From assembly GCA_964236955.1 (NCBI GenBank), contig CAXSGP010000039.1:1-40110 (forward strand): a stretch of DNA of 40,110 nucleotides. The letters run 5' to 3'. Of this stretch, positions 8,087 to 21,543 are shown piece by piece; positions within the stretch are counted from its first letter, which is position 1; every line of letters starts with the position of its first letter. The translations under genes and the position numbers were made by a program. Source of the stretch: an uncultured Oligoflexus sp. (lineage in GTDB: Bacteria > Bdellovibrionota_B > Oligoflexia > Oligoflexales > Oligoflexaceae). A model generated the notes under the pieces. The model was not told the DNA's origin, searched no databases, and saw nothing but the letters and a program-made list of their open reading frames with translations.

Positions 8087-8438
8087 TACCTCGCGCCAGA
8101 CTCGAACTGGCACACCTTGCGGCAATGGATTTTGACGCTTTGCGGACTATATCATCACCCTACTACCGTTTCCGATATGAGGGGCCGGGCGCTTTTTCAC
8201 TGAGGCATTACTCCCAGCTAATTCCTGTAGTTTAAGCCATCTCGCGACAGCACAGGTAGTCTCTGAACCTTCCGCATCTGCGGCTTGGCTGCTGATTGTT
8301 ACGTCAATAACTTCCCAGCAATTCACCCGATTTCATCATCTCAAATTGCTCTGAGAGTGGACTCGTTGTTTTTTTCTGCGTCTCTTGCAAGACCTTCAGA
8401 CACTTTATCCATCGTGTCTACCATTCCACCAGCGAGGC
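8087..8438 (-). tRNA. tRNA-Leu(CAA), intron-containing; exon 1 is 8438-8407 and exon 2 is 8135-8087
   Basis: The joined exons fold as acceptor GCCUCGC/GCGAGGU, D arm GUGGAAUGGUAGACAC, anticodon arm AUGGA-UUCAAAA-UCCAU, long variable arm, T arm GCCAG-UUCGAGU-CUGGC and A73. CCA is not encoded. Confidence 0.95.
8136..8406 (-). ncRNA. Group I self-splicing intron (271 nt, no homing endonuclease, with P7.1/P7.2; IA-like)
   Basis: Core elements P GAAUUGCUGGGAA, Q AAUCAGCAG, R GUUCAGAGACUA and S GAUAUAGUCC; P3 UCGGGU/GCCCGG. IGS GUCCA (8362-8358) pairs with exon UGGAU, giving U·G at the splice site. Terminal G at 8136. Confidence 0.95.
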
Positions 8439-8632
8439 ATTCTTATGTTTAAATCGATAACTTTTGCCCCTGGGGAGCATCGGTTAGCAACTAAAAACCA
8501 AAAGCCATGTTTTCCTAATATCACCAGGCATCTTAAGACTGAAAATCCAAATTGGAAAAAGCGTCCTAAGGGTATCCAGCAAATGAGTCTGAAAGTCCTG
8601 GACTGACTCGATTTTTCGCGGGGACTCGGCCC

Positions 8633-8670
8633 TTTTGAATCCATCGTGCCTAGTCTTCCACCTTCGAGGC
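8633..8670 (-). repeat. Degenerate intron-less copy of the tRNA-Leu(CAA) 5' half through the anticodon loop
   Basis: GCCTCGAAGGTGGAAGACTAGGCACGATGGATTCAAAA versus the spliced tRNA GCCTCGCTGGTGGAATGGTAGACACGATGGATTCAAAA: 32/38 identical and ungapped. Confidence 0.85.
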
Positions 8671-8891
8671 CTTGGACCGGAAACCCAAGCGCCCTGCTCG
8701 GATTAGGTAATTTCCGAGAGGGATAAATATTGCGGATGGTGATCCGGAAGTAAAGAGATAATTTTCCCTATTTCCATTTTTTTTGTATTAGCCAAAACGA
8801 CATCTAAACGGGTCTTCTCCCGCCTTATGCTTATTTTTCCGTGGAAACTGTCGATACGAAGAGACTGAATCTGTTTTCCTGAGGAGACCCC

Positions 8892-9260
8892 ATGTCAGCA
8901 GTATCCTGGCCTATGATGCGAGCCGAGGCTCGGGCAGCAGTTTTGCCGGTCGAAATCAAAGGGCTCTTGAACTGGCGCGATGAGCGCTCGCGTCAGGTGC
9001 CATTTTTAGTATGGGATATTTCCGTCAGTGGGATCGGCTTACTCCTATCCGATGAATTGAAAGTCGGGGAACGCATTCAGCTGACCTTTGGCCAGCCTCT
9101 GTCTTTGGTTATCAATGGCGAAGTGAAGTGGTGTGCGACTCAGGAGGCCGATTATGACTTCCAGGAGCCAAGCTATCGCTGTGGAATTAAAGTAACTCAC
9201 CCCGGTATGAATTTCCAGGGACTGGTCGATCATATCAATTGCCTGCGAAGCAAAGAGTAA
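8892..9260 (+). CDS. PilZ domain protein (c-di-GMP receptor)
   Basis: RAEAR (RxxxR) and DISVSG (DxSxxG) motifs; GAGGAG RBS. Confidence 0.85.
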   Translation: MSAVSWPMMRAEARAAVLPVEIKGLLNWRDERSRQVPFLVWDISVSGIGLLLSDELKVGERIQLTFGQPLSLVINGEVKWCATQEADYDFQEPSYRCGIKVTHPGMNFQGLVDHINCLRSKE

Positions 9261-9283
9261 TGGCCGTGAAAGTCAGGCCGGGG

Positions 9284-9640
9284 CTAGCTGCTAGCCTTCA
9301 GATCCTCTTGCACCTGTTTCCTAATCTGCAATTCAGTAATCAAATTTTTCAGTTTCCTACCGTGCGCCATCACTTCCAGCATGACCATCGAAAGCTGAAC
9401 ATTGTCACAATGTTGACATTGTAAAAACTGCAGATCCTCGTGGGCGATCTCCTTGAGGTCATGGCCACAACAGCCACATTTATGATAATGCGCCGTGCGC
9501 GCTAAAAGTTCCTGTTTTTTCCTCTCGGAATCGTGCATCTTTTCGATGAGCGCACGGTCTTTCTTATAAAAATATTCTTCTTCATTTAAACTGTGATCAT
9601 TAAGACGATCGGTGTACATAGGGTCTCCGTAAGAGGACAT
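9284..9640 (-). CDS. Small zinc-ribbon protein (zf-TFIIB-like)
   Basis: EEEYF helical N-terminus, then KCGCCG...QCQHC. Confidence 0.7.
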   Translation of the reverse strand: MSSYGDPMYTDRLNDHSLNEEEYFYKKDRALIEKMHDSERKKQELLARTAHYHKCGCCGHDLKEIAHEDLQFLQCQHCDNVQLSMVMLEVMAHGRKLKNLITELQIRKQVQEDLKASS

Positions 9641-9787
9641 GCTAAAATCAATAAATGTCTTTTCGGAACTTTTGTGAAAATCATGAGAAGCAATGCTTTA
9701 TCGATTCCTTTCGCTAAGATAAACTGGCCCTTAGCCGGGCACAGCATCAGCCAATATAAATTATATCTCTATTAAACCTATGATATC

Positions 9788-9855
9788 ATGTGGATACAAG
9801 AGAGTTCTCAGAAGAGCTGTCGATCCATTCAATCGGGTGCCATTTTCACATTGAA
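9788..9855 (+). promoter_or_regulatory. Possible divergent SAM-I/IV-like riboswitch in the metH leader
   Basis: P1 AUGUGGA/UUCACAU, then CAAGAG, hairpin AGUUCU-CAGA-AGAGCU and GGUGCC; several SAM-core nucleotides deviate. Confidence 0.3.
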
Positions 9856-9877
9856 AACAGCCAAGGAATTTTTAAGA

Positions 9878-12800
9878 ATGAAGCCTTATTCCAAGCGCGG
9901 CCAGGATATAGAGAAACTACTGAAGCAGCGTATTCTTGTGCTCGACGGCGCAATGGGCACCATGGTGCAGCAGTATAAACTCAACGAACAGGACTTTCGG
10001 GGGGACCGTTTTCCTGACCATCCCATCGATCTGAAGGGTAACAACGACCTTTTGGTTTTGACGCGCCCCGATGTAATTAAGGAGATTCACCTTCAGTATC
10101 TCGAAGCGGGATCGGATATCATTGAAACCAACACTTTCAGTGGAACGCAGATCGCCCAAGCCGACTATAAACTTGAGCACATAGTCTTCGAGCTCAATAA
10201 AAAAGCCGCCGAACTTGCCAAACAGGCTGTAGCCGAACATAAAGCCAAGACGGGCAAGGACTGTTACGTGGCCGGAGCTCTCGGACCGACCAACCGTACG
10301 TGTTCCCTCTCCCCCGACGTGAATAATCCCGCCTATCGGGCGGTTACCTTCGACGAACTTGTCGATACCTATTACGAACAAATCGAAGGTCTGATGGCCG
10401 GCGGGATCGACCTCCTGCTACCCGAGACCGTGTTCGATACTTTAAATCTCAAGGCCTCGATCGTCGCGATCGATAAATACTTTGCCGACAAGCCTTTCCG
10501 TGTTCCCGTCATGCTCTCCGTGACGATCACCGATGCTTCGGGACGGACGCTCTCGGGCCAAACCGTGGAGGCGTTCTGGTATTCCGTGCGGCAGGCGCGG
10601 CCCTTGAGCGTTGGAATCAACTGCGCACTGGGCGCTTTGGAAATGCGTCCCTATATCGAAACCCTCTCGAAGATCTCAGAATGCTATATCAGCTGCTATC
10701 CAAATGCGGGTTTGCCCAACCCCCTCAGCGATACCGGTTATGACGAAACACCGGCAATGACATCGGGATTTCTCGATGAATTCGCCCGCAGTCAACTTCT
10801 CAACATCGTCGGCGGCTGTTGCGGAACCACGCCCGACCATATTCGAGCGATCGCCGACCATGTGAAAAATAAAGCGCCGCGCAAAGTGCCTTCGCTGGAA
10901 GTCATGACGCGATTGAGTGGCCTGGAACCCCTTGTAATCAAGCCCGACGGCGGTCTTTTCTATATGGTGGGGGAGCGGGCCAACGTTACGGGTTCTCCCA
11001 AATTCGCGAAGCTTATCAAAGAAGGCAATTTCGATGCCGGTCTCGCGATTGCCAGGCAGCAGGTGGAAAGCGGCGCGAATATTATCGACATCAACTTCGA
11101 CGAAGGTATGCTCGAATCTGAAAAATGCATGACGCACTTTTTGAACCTTGTCGCCTCCGAACCTGATATCTGCCGCGTGCCTATCATGATCGACAGTTCG
11201 AAATGGTCGGTGCTTGAAGCCGGCATGCGCTGCATCCAGGGGAAATGTATCGTTAATTCGATCAGCCTCAAGGAAGGCGAGGAGATTTTCCTAGATCATG
11301 CCCGGACCGTGATGAAATATGGCTGTGCAGTCGTCGTTATGGCCTTCGATGAGAAAGGTCAGGCGGCAACACTCGAAGACAAGATTCGTATCTGCCAACG
11401 TGCTTATAAGCTCCTGGTCGAAGAGATCGACTTTCCCCCGGAAGATATTATTTTCGATGCCAACATTCTTACCGTCGGTACCGGCATCGAAGAGCATGCG
11501 AACTATGCCGTTGATTTCATCGAAGCGGTGCGGGCCATCAAAGCCACCTGTCCCCATGTTTTGACCAGTGGTGGTATCTCAAATATCTCCTTTAGTTTTC
11601 GGGGCAACAACGTCGTCCGCGAAGCGATGCACTCGTCCTTCCTCTACCATGCGATCAAAGCCGGACTGGATATGGGCATCGTCAACGCCGGTATGCTCGA
11701 AGTCTATGAAGAGGTCGAGCCCACCCTTCTGAAACTCGTTGAAGATGTTCTTCTCAACCGCAGTCCGGAAGCGACCGAACGCCTGATCGATTATGCGGAG
11801 CAGGTCAAAGATCAGGCCAAAGCCGGCAAGGAAAGCGATAAAAATGCATGGCGTGAGCATGCCGTCGAACATAGGATCATCCATTCCCTGGTCAAAGGCA
11901 TCGATGAATTCATTGAAATCGACACCGAAGAAGCCCGCCTCAAGCACCCTAGACCTCTCGATGTGATTGAAGGGCCGCTCATGGACGGAATGAAAGTCGT
12001 CGGTGGGCTGTTTGGCGAAGGCAAGATGTTCCTGCCACAGGTCGTCAAGAGCGCCCGGGTTATGAAGAAGGCCGTGGCCCACCTTCAGCCCTTCATGGAG
12101 GCCGATAAACTCAAAAACGGCGGTCGGCAGAGCCAGGGCCGCTTCCTCATCGCCACGGTAAAGGGCGATGTCCACGATATAGGCAAAAATATCGTCGCCG
12201 TCGTGCTGGCCTGTAATAACTACGAGGTTAAAGATCTTGGAGTTATGGTGTCGTGCGAGGAGATCCTGCGCAAAGCCAAGGAGATGGACGCCGATATCAT
12301 CGGTTTGAGTGGACTCATCACACCGTCCCTTGATGAAATGATTTACAATGCGGGAGAAATGGAGCGACAGGGCTATACGATTCCGCTGCTAATCGGCGGT
12401 GCCACCACGAGCAAGGCCCATACCGCAATCAAGATCGCCCCGCATTATCACGGTGCCGTGTGTCATGTCGGTGATGCTTCGCTGGTCGTTGAGGTGGTTA
12501 ACGATCTTATCAGTGAGGAACGCCGCGGCGCATTCAAGGAAAAGCTTAAGGTTGACCAGGAAGCCATTCGAATTCGTCATGCGGCGCAGGTAAAAGACAG
12601 CGTGTTCCTTAGTCTACGGGAGGCGCGGGAAGCCAAATTCAAGACCGACTGGCAATCATCGCCCATCGATGTACCGAGCCGTCTGGGAGTTTGGGAACAG
12701 GAGGATCTCAGCCTTGAAGAGGTTGCCCGATACATCGACTGGTCGCCTTTTTTCTGGACTTGGGATATCAAAGCCCTTTATCCGAAGGTCCTTACCCATA

Positions 12801-13576
12801 AAGTCTGGGGCGAGCAGGCAACCGAGCTGTTTAGAGATGCCCAGAATATTCTCGACGACATCATCAAACACAAACGTTTTAATCTCAGGGCCATCACCGG
12901 CATCTGGCCCGCGCAGAGTGTTGACGACGACGTGATAGTCTATGATCCCGATCATCGGCAGACGCCGTTGGAAACCCTTTATTTCCTGCGACAGCAGCGG
13001 GAGCGGGAGGAGAAGAAGCCGGCCTTTTGCCTGGCGGACTTTATCGCTCCCCAGGAAAGCGGCCGCATGGATTACATAGGTGGTTTTGCCGTAACCTCCG
13101 GCGCGGAAGTCGATTCGTTTTCAGCTTTTTACGAAGCTAAAAATGATGATTATACGTCCATTATGATCAAGGCCATAGGGGATCGCTTTGCCGAAGCTCT
13201 CGCGGAGATGATTCATAAAAGGATACGCGTGACGTGGGGCTATGGCAGCACCGAGGATAGAACAATAGAGCAGCTAATCAAAGAAGATTACCGGGGCGTT
13301 CGGCCGGCTCCCGGGTATCCGGCCTGTCCGGATCATACCGAGAAGGCCACCCTTTGGACCTTGATGAACGTTAAGGAACGGGTTGGCATTTCACTCACTG
13401 AGAGCTTTGCTATGCATCCGGGAAGTTCGGTGTCGGGATACTACTTCTCCCATCCGGAGGCCGAATATTTCCGCGTCGGAATGATCAATCGTGAGCAGAT
13501 GGAAAATTATGCTAAACGTAAAGGTATGACGATTCAGGAGACCGAGCGTTGGTTGCAGCCAAACAAGGGCTATTGA
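9878..13576 (+). CDS. metH: B12-dependent methionine synthase
   Basis: [30 protein letters not shown] (B12 His ligand) and [12 protein letters not shown]. Start placed at ATG 9878 after AAGGA. Confidence 0.98.
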   Translation: MKPYSKRGQDIEKLLKQRILVLDGAMGTMVQQYKLNEQDFRGDRFPDHPIDLKGNNDLLVLTRPDVIKEIHLQYLEAGSDIIETNTFSGTQIAQADYKLEHIVFELNKKAAELAKQAVAEHKAKTGKDCYVAGALGPTNRTCSLSPDVNNPAYRAVTFDELVDTYYEQIEGLMAGGIDLLLPETVFDTLNLKASIVAIDKYFADKPFRVPVMLSVTITDASGRTLSGQTVEAFWYSVRQARPLSVGINCALGALEMRPYIETLSKISECYISCYPNAGLPNPLSDTGYDETPAMTSGFLDEFARSQLLNIVGGCCGTTPDHIRAIADHVKNKAPRKVPSLEVMTRLSGLEPLVIKPDGGLFYMVGERANVTGSPKFAKLIKEGNFDAGLAIARQQVESGANIIDINFDEGMLESEKCMTHFLNLVASEPDICRVPIMIDSSKWSVLEAGMRCIQGKCIVNSISLKEGEEIFLDHARTVMKYGCAVVVMAFDEKGQAATLEDKIRICQRAYKLLVEEIDFPPEDIIFDANILTVGTGIEEHANYAVDFIEAVRAIKATCPHVLTSGGISNISFSFRGNNVVREAMHSSFLYHAIKAGLDMGIVNAGMLEVYEEVEPTLLKLVEDVLLNRSPEATERLIDYAEQVKDQAKAGKESDKNAWREHAVEHRIIHSLVKGIDEFIEIDTEEARLKHPRPLDVIEGPLMDGMKVVGGLFGEGKMFLPQVVKSARVMKKAVAHLQPFMEADKLKNGGRQSQGRFLIATVKGDVHDIGKNIVAVVLACNNYEVKDLGVMVSCEEILRKAKEMDADIIGLSGLITPSLDEMIYNAGEMERQGYTIPLLIGGATTSKAHTAIKIAPHYHGAVCHVGDASLVVEVVNDLISEERRGAFKEKLKVDQEAIRIRHAAQVKDSVFLSLREAREAKFKTDWQSSPIDVPSRLGVWEQEDLSLEEVARYIDWSPFFWTWDIKALYPKVLTHKVWGEQATELFRDAQNILDDIIKHKRFNLRAITGIWPAQSVDDDVIVYDPDHRQTPLETLYFLRQQREREEKKPAFCLADFIAPQESGRMDYIGGFAVTSGAEVDSFSAFYEAKNDDYTSIMIKAIGDRFAEALAEMIHKRIRVTWGYGSTEDRTIEQLIKEDYRGVRPAPGYPACPDHTEKATLWTLMNVKERVGISLTESFAMHPGSSVSGYYFSHPEAEYFRVGMINREQMENYAKRKGMTIQETERWLQPNKGY

Positions 13577-13812
13577 GCTTTAGCTGGGCCTTGACGAACT
13601 GTTAGCGCGAAAATTTTTGAAATAGACGAATAAGGAGTTTATTTGCCGGTCTTTTAAGGACTTAACGCCTGGTTCCCGCTGTAGCGCCGTAGATCTAATA
13701 ATACAGCGGGAGCATGCCGGCCCTTACTTTTCGAGATTTTTGCATACTCTTGCTGGTAGAAAACCCATAACTTTTGCATACTGATTGAGACCGCTAGTTC
13801 TTCCTATAGTCT

Positions 13813-14307
13813 GTGGAGATATGTGTGCTCACCTATACTCTTCAAGAAAAAAATCAACAGGTCGCTATCAAGCTGCTTGGCCCGGTCGATGAGCATGCTT
13901 CCAAGGTCCTCCTTGAACTGCTCACTCAACTTTCGCCCAAGGACGTGGTGCTCAATATGGAGGCCGTAGCCTATTTTAACTCCATAGGCATCCGGGCTTG
14001 GATCAATTTCGTAAAACCACTCGTCGATGGCCGTAAGGCCGCCTATGAAAAATGTCCACCGGACTTTATAAACCAAATAAATCTCATGCCCCTCTTGGCT
14101 CATTCCATACAAATTCTTTCGTTCATGTCAGAATTCGTTTGTCAGAATTGTAACCATACGCAAACCCAACTCTTTGATGCGCAAAAGGAAAAAGAAGTTC
14201 TTCTCGAGGAATTTGAAATGTTGATCTGTGAGGAATGCGGAGGGGATTTATCGCCAGATGAAGATCCTCAGGCCATCCTTTATTTTAAAAAAATGCTTAT
14301 AAAATAA
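13813..14307 (+). CDS. STAS/anti-sigma antagonist-like domain plus C-terminal zinc ribbon
   Basis: GPVDE...VAYFNSIGIRAWI resembles a STAS phospho-Ser loop; CQNC and CEEC pairs. Confidence 0.7.
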   Translation: MEICVLTYTLQEKNQQVAIKLLGPVDEHASKVLLELLTQLSPKDVVLNMEAVAYFNSIGIRAWINFVKPLVDGRKAAYEKCPPDFINQINLMPLLAHSIQILSFMSEFVCQNCNHTQTQLFDAQKEKEVLLEEFEMLICEECGGDLSPDEDPQAILYFKKMLIK

Positions 14308-14335
14308 AGGAAACCCGTAAAGTCTACTCAGGACT

Positions 14336-14872
14336 ATGCCGATGGGTGAGAGAGAAGAAATGGCGGGGATGCTAATGGTAGAAAAGGGCTGTAAACTGGA
14401 TTGGCATTCTTCCAATTCCGTAGTGATCAGCGGCGAGATTGACGAATACGCAGATTTTTCCTCACTCGTACAAAGTGCAGGACAAATTCTTTATGTTAAT
14501 TTTGCAAGGGTGACGCGTCTGAATAGTTCAGGACTGCGGACTTGGATTCAGACTATAATGAAGAACAAAATTCAGTTAGTCCTTAGAGAATGCTCCGCCG
14601 TCGTAGTTGAACAGTTTGCGCTTATCCCTCAATTTATCGGTAAGAATGGAACAGTGGAGTCCTTTTACGCGCGCTATCAATGTATTTCTTGCTTTTATGA
14701 GGAACTCCGTCGCTTTCAAGTCGGACAAAATCTCAATATCCAAAAGCCCCAGCTTGCAGTCGAATTGAACGATCCTTGTCCGGAGTGTGGCGATCACGTC
14801 GAACTTGATCAGTCCCCCGAGGTTTATTTGTCGTTTCTTCGTTATAGTAAGCCTGAAAGCGCAGCTTCCTGA
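14336..14872 (+). CDS. STAS/anti-sigma antagonist-like domain plus C-terminal zinc ribbon (paralog)
   Basis: SGEIDE...VTRLNSSGLRTWI; CISC and CPEC pairs. The true start may be a later Met. Confidence 0.7.
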   Translation: MPMGEREEMAGMLMVEKGCKLDWHSSNSVVISGEIDEYADFSSLVQSAGQILYVNFARVTRLNSSGLRTWIQTIMKNKIQLVLRECSAVVVEQFALIPQFIGKNGTVESFYARYQCISCFYEELRRFQVGQNLNIQKPQLAVELNDPCPECGDHVELDQSPEVYLSFLRYSKPESAAS

Positions 14873-15101
14873 ATCTTTTGCGCTAAGCTTAAACTGCTTA
14901 GTCTGGCCTAATTGAAACTCATCCTATATTCCTTAATCTTTTCCCATCTCAGTAATCTTTGACTATCTCAGCCTCTAAAGCCTCGCCAAGTCTACAAAAT
15001 TCTACTCATATGCCTGATTCAAAAAAATCTAACTATCGAAAATGGATATTAATTTGTGCCGAGAGTTGGCGATTTTGAAATTTTTCTGAAGTTTCCTGAG
15101 C

Positions 15102-15118
15102 TTGGCACGCGGCCTGCA
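15102..15118 (+). promoter_or_regulatory. Sigma54 -24/-12 promoter
   Basis: TTGGCACGCGGCCTGCA gives GG-N10-GC, ~57 bp upstream of ATG 15175. Confidence 0.7.
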
Positions 15119-15174
15119 TTAACTCCATTCATGAAGGAAATTGCTTCTCAAATATCACACCGAAAGGTTTAACA

Positions 15175-15897
15175 ATGAGCATGATCACAAATCTCGCTAA
15201 GATCCTCGTGCCGGCGGCTCTTTTTGGAGGAACTGCCTATGCAGCAAAACCAAAGCCAACGACACCTGCGGCTCCTGAGGCAACAGCTCCGGCGACTCCA
15301 GCTCCGACTGGTGCTGAGGCTGCAGCGCCTAAAACTGGAACGGTTCAGATCCTTAGCATCAAGGCTGCTGGAACAGGCTGTGCGGATCCCAGCACTTTTT
15401 CGACCAACATATCTCCTGACAACCAGGCGTTCACTGTAACGTTCTCAGAATTTGTCGCCGAACTTGGCGCTGGGATGCCTTTGAGTGCTGGCCGTAAAAA
15501 TTGTTCGATCACGCTCGACCTTCAGGTTCCAAACGGCTGGCAGTATAGCATCGCAACCTTTAATTATCGCGGTTTCATGGACATCGGAGAAGGGGTACAG
15601 GCTGAGCACGTGACCAAATACTTCTTCCAGGGTCAAACCAACCCAGGTGAATTCAAAGCTTTGGAAATGGGCCCTCTTTCAAAGGATTTCGTTTATACAG
15701 ACAAGGTGGGTCTGACATCGACCTACATCCCCAGCGTCTGGTCACCCTGCAATGCCCGTCGCGCTTTGACAATCAATCCCTCAGTCCGGGTCAGCAAACT
15801 TCCTGGCGCCGCGGCAGACGCTCAGGGATTGATCACCAACGACTCAGTTGATGGTGAATTGAAACAAGTCTTCGGTTTCATTTGGAGAAAATGTTGA
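15175..15897 (+). CDS. Secreted DUF4360-family protein
   Basis: Signal peptide ending AYA, Pro/Ala/Thr linker, then GTGC, RKNC, VPNGWQYSI..YRGF, YFFQG, WSPC and terminal WRKC. Confidence 0.85.
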   Translation: MSMITNLAKILVPAALFGGTAYAAKPKPTTPAAPEATAPATPAPTGAEAAAPKTGTVQILSIKAAGTGCADPSTFSTNISPDNQAFTVTFSEFVAELGAGMPLSAGRKNCSITLDLQVPNGWQYSIATFNYRGFMDIGEGVQAEHVTKYFFQGQTNPGEFKALEMGPLSKDFVYTDKVGLTSTYIPSVWSPCNARRALTINPSVRVSKLPGAAADAQGLITNDSVDGELKQVFGFIWRKC

Positions 15898-15949
15898 TTC
15901 CGAACTCCGTCCGTCTTCTCAGAAGTCGGTGACGGAAGGAAGAGTTAAA

Positions 15950-15981
15950 TGCGTCTCTGGCGTCAGAGGCGCTCTTGCTTT
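15950..15981 (+). terminator. Putative intrinsic terminator between convergent genes
   Basis: GCGTCTCTG-GCGT-CAGAGGCGC followed by a T-rich tract. Confidence 0.5.
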
Positions 15982-16004
15982 GTGGGGATTACGAGAGCTT
16001 AGGT

Positions 16005-16331
16005 TTAGAAGTTGTCGTGTACGGGTAAACTGTGCTGTTCATCGATACGGCAGCTTTCGCGCCAATCGGCAAAGGGAAACAGTTTTCGGTCTGAGGTATA
16101 AGTGAGAAAAAGCCAAAGATTTCGAGAATAGTTGCCAAGATCGGAACTGAAATCATAGAGATAGATGAGTCGTCTCATGAATAAGAGCTGCGCAAAGAAC
16201 TGCACGAGCATGATCGCCAGCAACAAGGGCTGAATGATGAAGTGCTGCGTTATAAAATAGACGAGCATGGGCAATGCCCGTTCCCAGGTCAGTGGATTTT
16301 TAATATTGCCTTTGATTTCTTCTGGAGTCAT
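16005..16331 (-). CDS. Small membrane protein (DUF4389-like)
   Basis: W.R.L.M, a hydrophobic helix, and FLTYTSDRKLFPFADW. Confidence 0.7.
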   Translation of the reverse strand: MTPEEIKGNIKNPLTWERALPMLVYFITQHFIIQPLLLAIMLVQFFAQLLFMRRLIYLYDFSSDLGNYSRNLWLFLTYTSDRKLFPFADWRESCRIDEQHSLPVHDNF

Positions 16332-17332
16332 GGAAACTTCGCTCTCCCTGGATTGTCATCATAATTGAATTGAAAAGCCAGCCGTCCGCTCATCGGTTTG
16401 GAGATAGGAAATTGCATTCTGCGCAAGGCCAGCGTCAGACACTCGATGGCCTTCGGATTGGTGAGTGTCCCTCCACTATAACTCAGCGACTGAAAACTAC
16501 CATTATTGGGGGCGATCTGGAATTTAAAATTGACGCTACCCCGAAGACCATCAGCAAGGTCAAGTTGATCCATATAGCACCGTCGTAAATCCGCATCCTG
16601 AGCGCTGATCGTTGCCGACATCAATTTGCGGCCTTTCTGGGTACCCGACGCGTTCACCTGATGAATCATAGATATCTGCCGGTTCATAGTAAAGGCTACC
16701 CTTGCTTCGTCCCGGCTTCCAAAATTGACTTTGGCATCCTTCATGAGCTGACTTCCCCCGAGACGCTTTTGGATGTTACCTTTGTAAGCGTCCACCACGG
16801 CCATGAAGGACTGATGACTGGAAGGATTCACAAAAATATTGGGTTTTGATAAAAAATCGATCTTTAAACCGTCTTTTTTAAAAGGGCTCAGCCTGATCTC
16901 GCCAAGATTGGAAAGAACCAGATATTTGATCGTGAACACCGGCGCCTTTTTGTCAGGCACCCAAGTTCGGGTCAGCCCGGTATTTTCGTTGATGCTTAAT
17001 TTATCTACAGTATAGCTGCCAGAGGGCATTTTCCAAAGCTGCACGGGCTCCGCAGCATTTTCGGTGGGTGGCTGGCTCAGGACGTAGACATCGCCGGTCT
17101 TCACATTGCGGATATTCATAAAGATGCTGGTCGTAATTTCTTTGGACCGGCGTGATTTTCGAAACTTATCAAGATAGAAACGACCGTATACCGCTCCTTG
17201 CTCGGTCTGCATATATTCACCATTCCAAGGGGATAGCGGTGAATTTAATGCGGGAGCGGCGCGAGCTGTTCCTGTCATCACAATTGTGAAAAAGAGGTAC
17301 AGAAAGAGAACGGTTTTCAATGGTCTATCCAC
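16328..17332 (-). CDS. Secreted protein with an AgmX/PglI-like (TonB-C-like) C-terminal domain
   Basis: Signal peptide ending ARA; LRRCY...LRGSV..KFQI..NG...ECL..ALRRMQFP. Confidence 0.7.
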   Translation of the reverse strand: MDRPLKTVLFLYLFFTIVMTGTARAAPALNSPLSPWNGEYMQTEQGAVYGRFYLDKFRKSRRSKEITTSIFMNIRNVKTGDVYVLSQPPTENAAEPVQLWKMPSGSYTVDKLSINENTGLTRTWVPDKKAPVFTIKYLVLSNLGEIRLSPFKKDGLKIDFLSKPNIFVNPSSHQSFMAVVDAYKGNIQKRLGGSQLMKDAKVNFGSRDEARVAFTMNRQISMIHQVNASGTQKGRKLMSATISAQDADLRRCYMDQLDLADGLRGSVNFKFQIAPNNGSFQSLSYSGGTLTNPKAIECLTLALRRMQFPISKPMSGRLAFQFNYDDNPGRAKFP

Positions 17333-17481
17333 GGCTATAAGCTGGGAGGGAGTCAGTATACCTCTGCTCCCTTTCTATACTATAAGAACGCTGGGAGAAA
17401 GTTTTGCCGGGTTCGCTTGGATGTCAAGGCGCCGAGACCCGGGATAAGGGTTTTCCTCTTAGGTGCTCTATTAAAAGCAAT

Positions 17482-21279
<3,798 letters not shown>

Positions 21280-21543
21280 GATGTTCCCCTTAAGCTAAGG
21301 AAGGAGGACCCGTTAGATAACACAAAGACGGGGATATTTCCTCTATATAATATTCAATAAAATCAACATGATATAATCTAGATCTAAGTTGGCGTTAAAT
21401 TTTGGGCCTTTTCTACTCTTCGCCAAAAAAGACCTAAGAGCTCAATATCTATGTAGAAACAGCCTGCGTCTGAAAGTATGCAACTAGCGCTCGGGCGAGC
21501 AAATGTCTTATAAATCCAATGCGGACATTAAGGAGGACATATC

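Noticed and set aside
8385..8644. ORFs 8385..8606 (+) and 8405..8644 (-) as a homing endonuclease or other protein
   Set aside because: They overlap tRNA exon 1, lie outside the intron core and show no nuclease motif.
8633..8670. Upstream copy as the true exon 1 or a second tRNA
   Set aside because: It lacks U8 and the D-loop GG, mispairs at position 7 and has no 3' half, whereas 8438-8407 is canonical.
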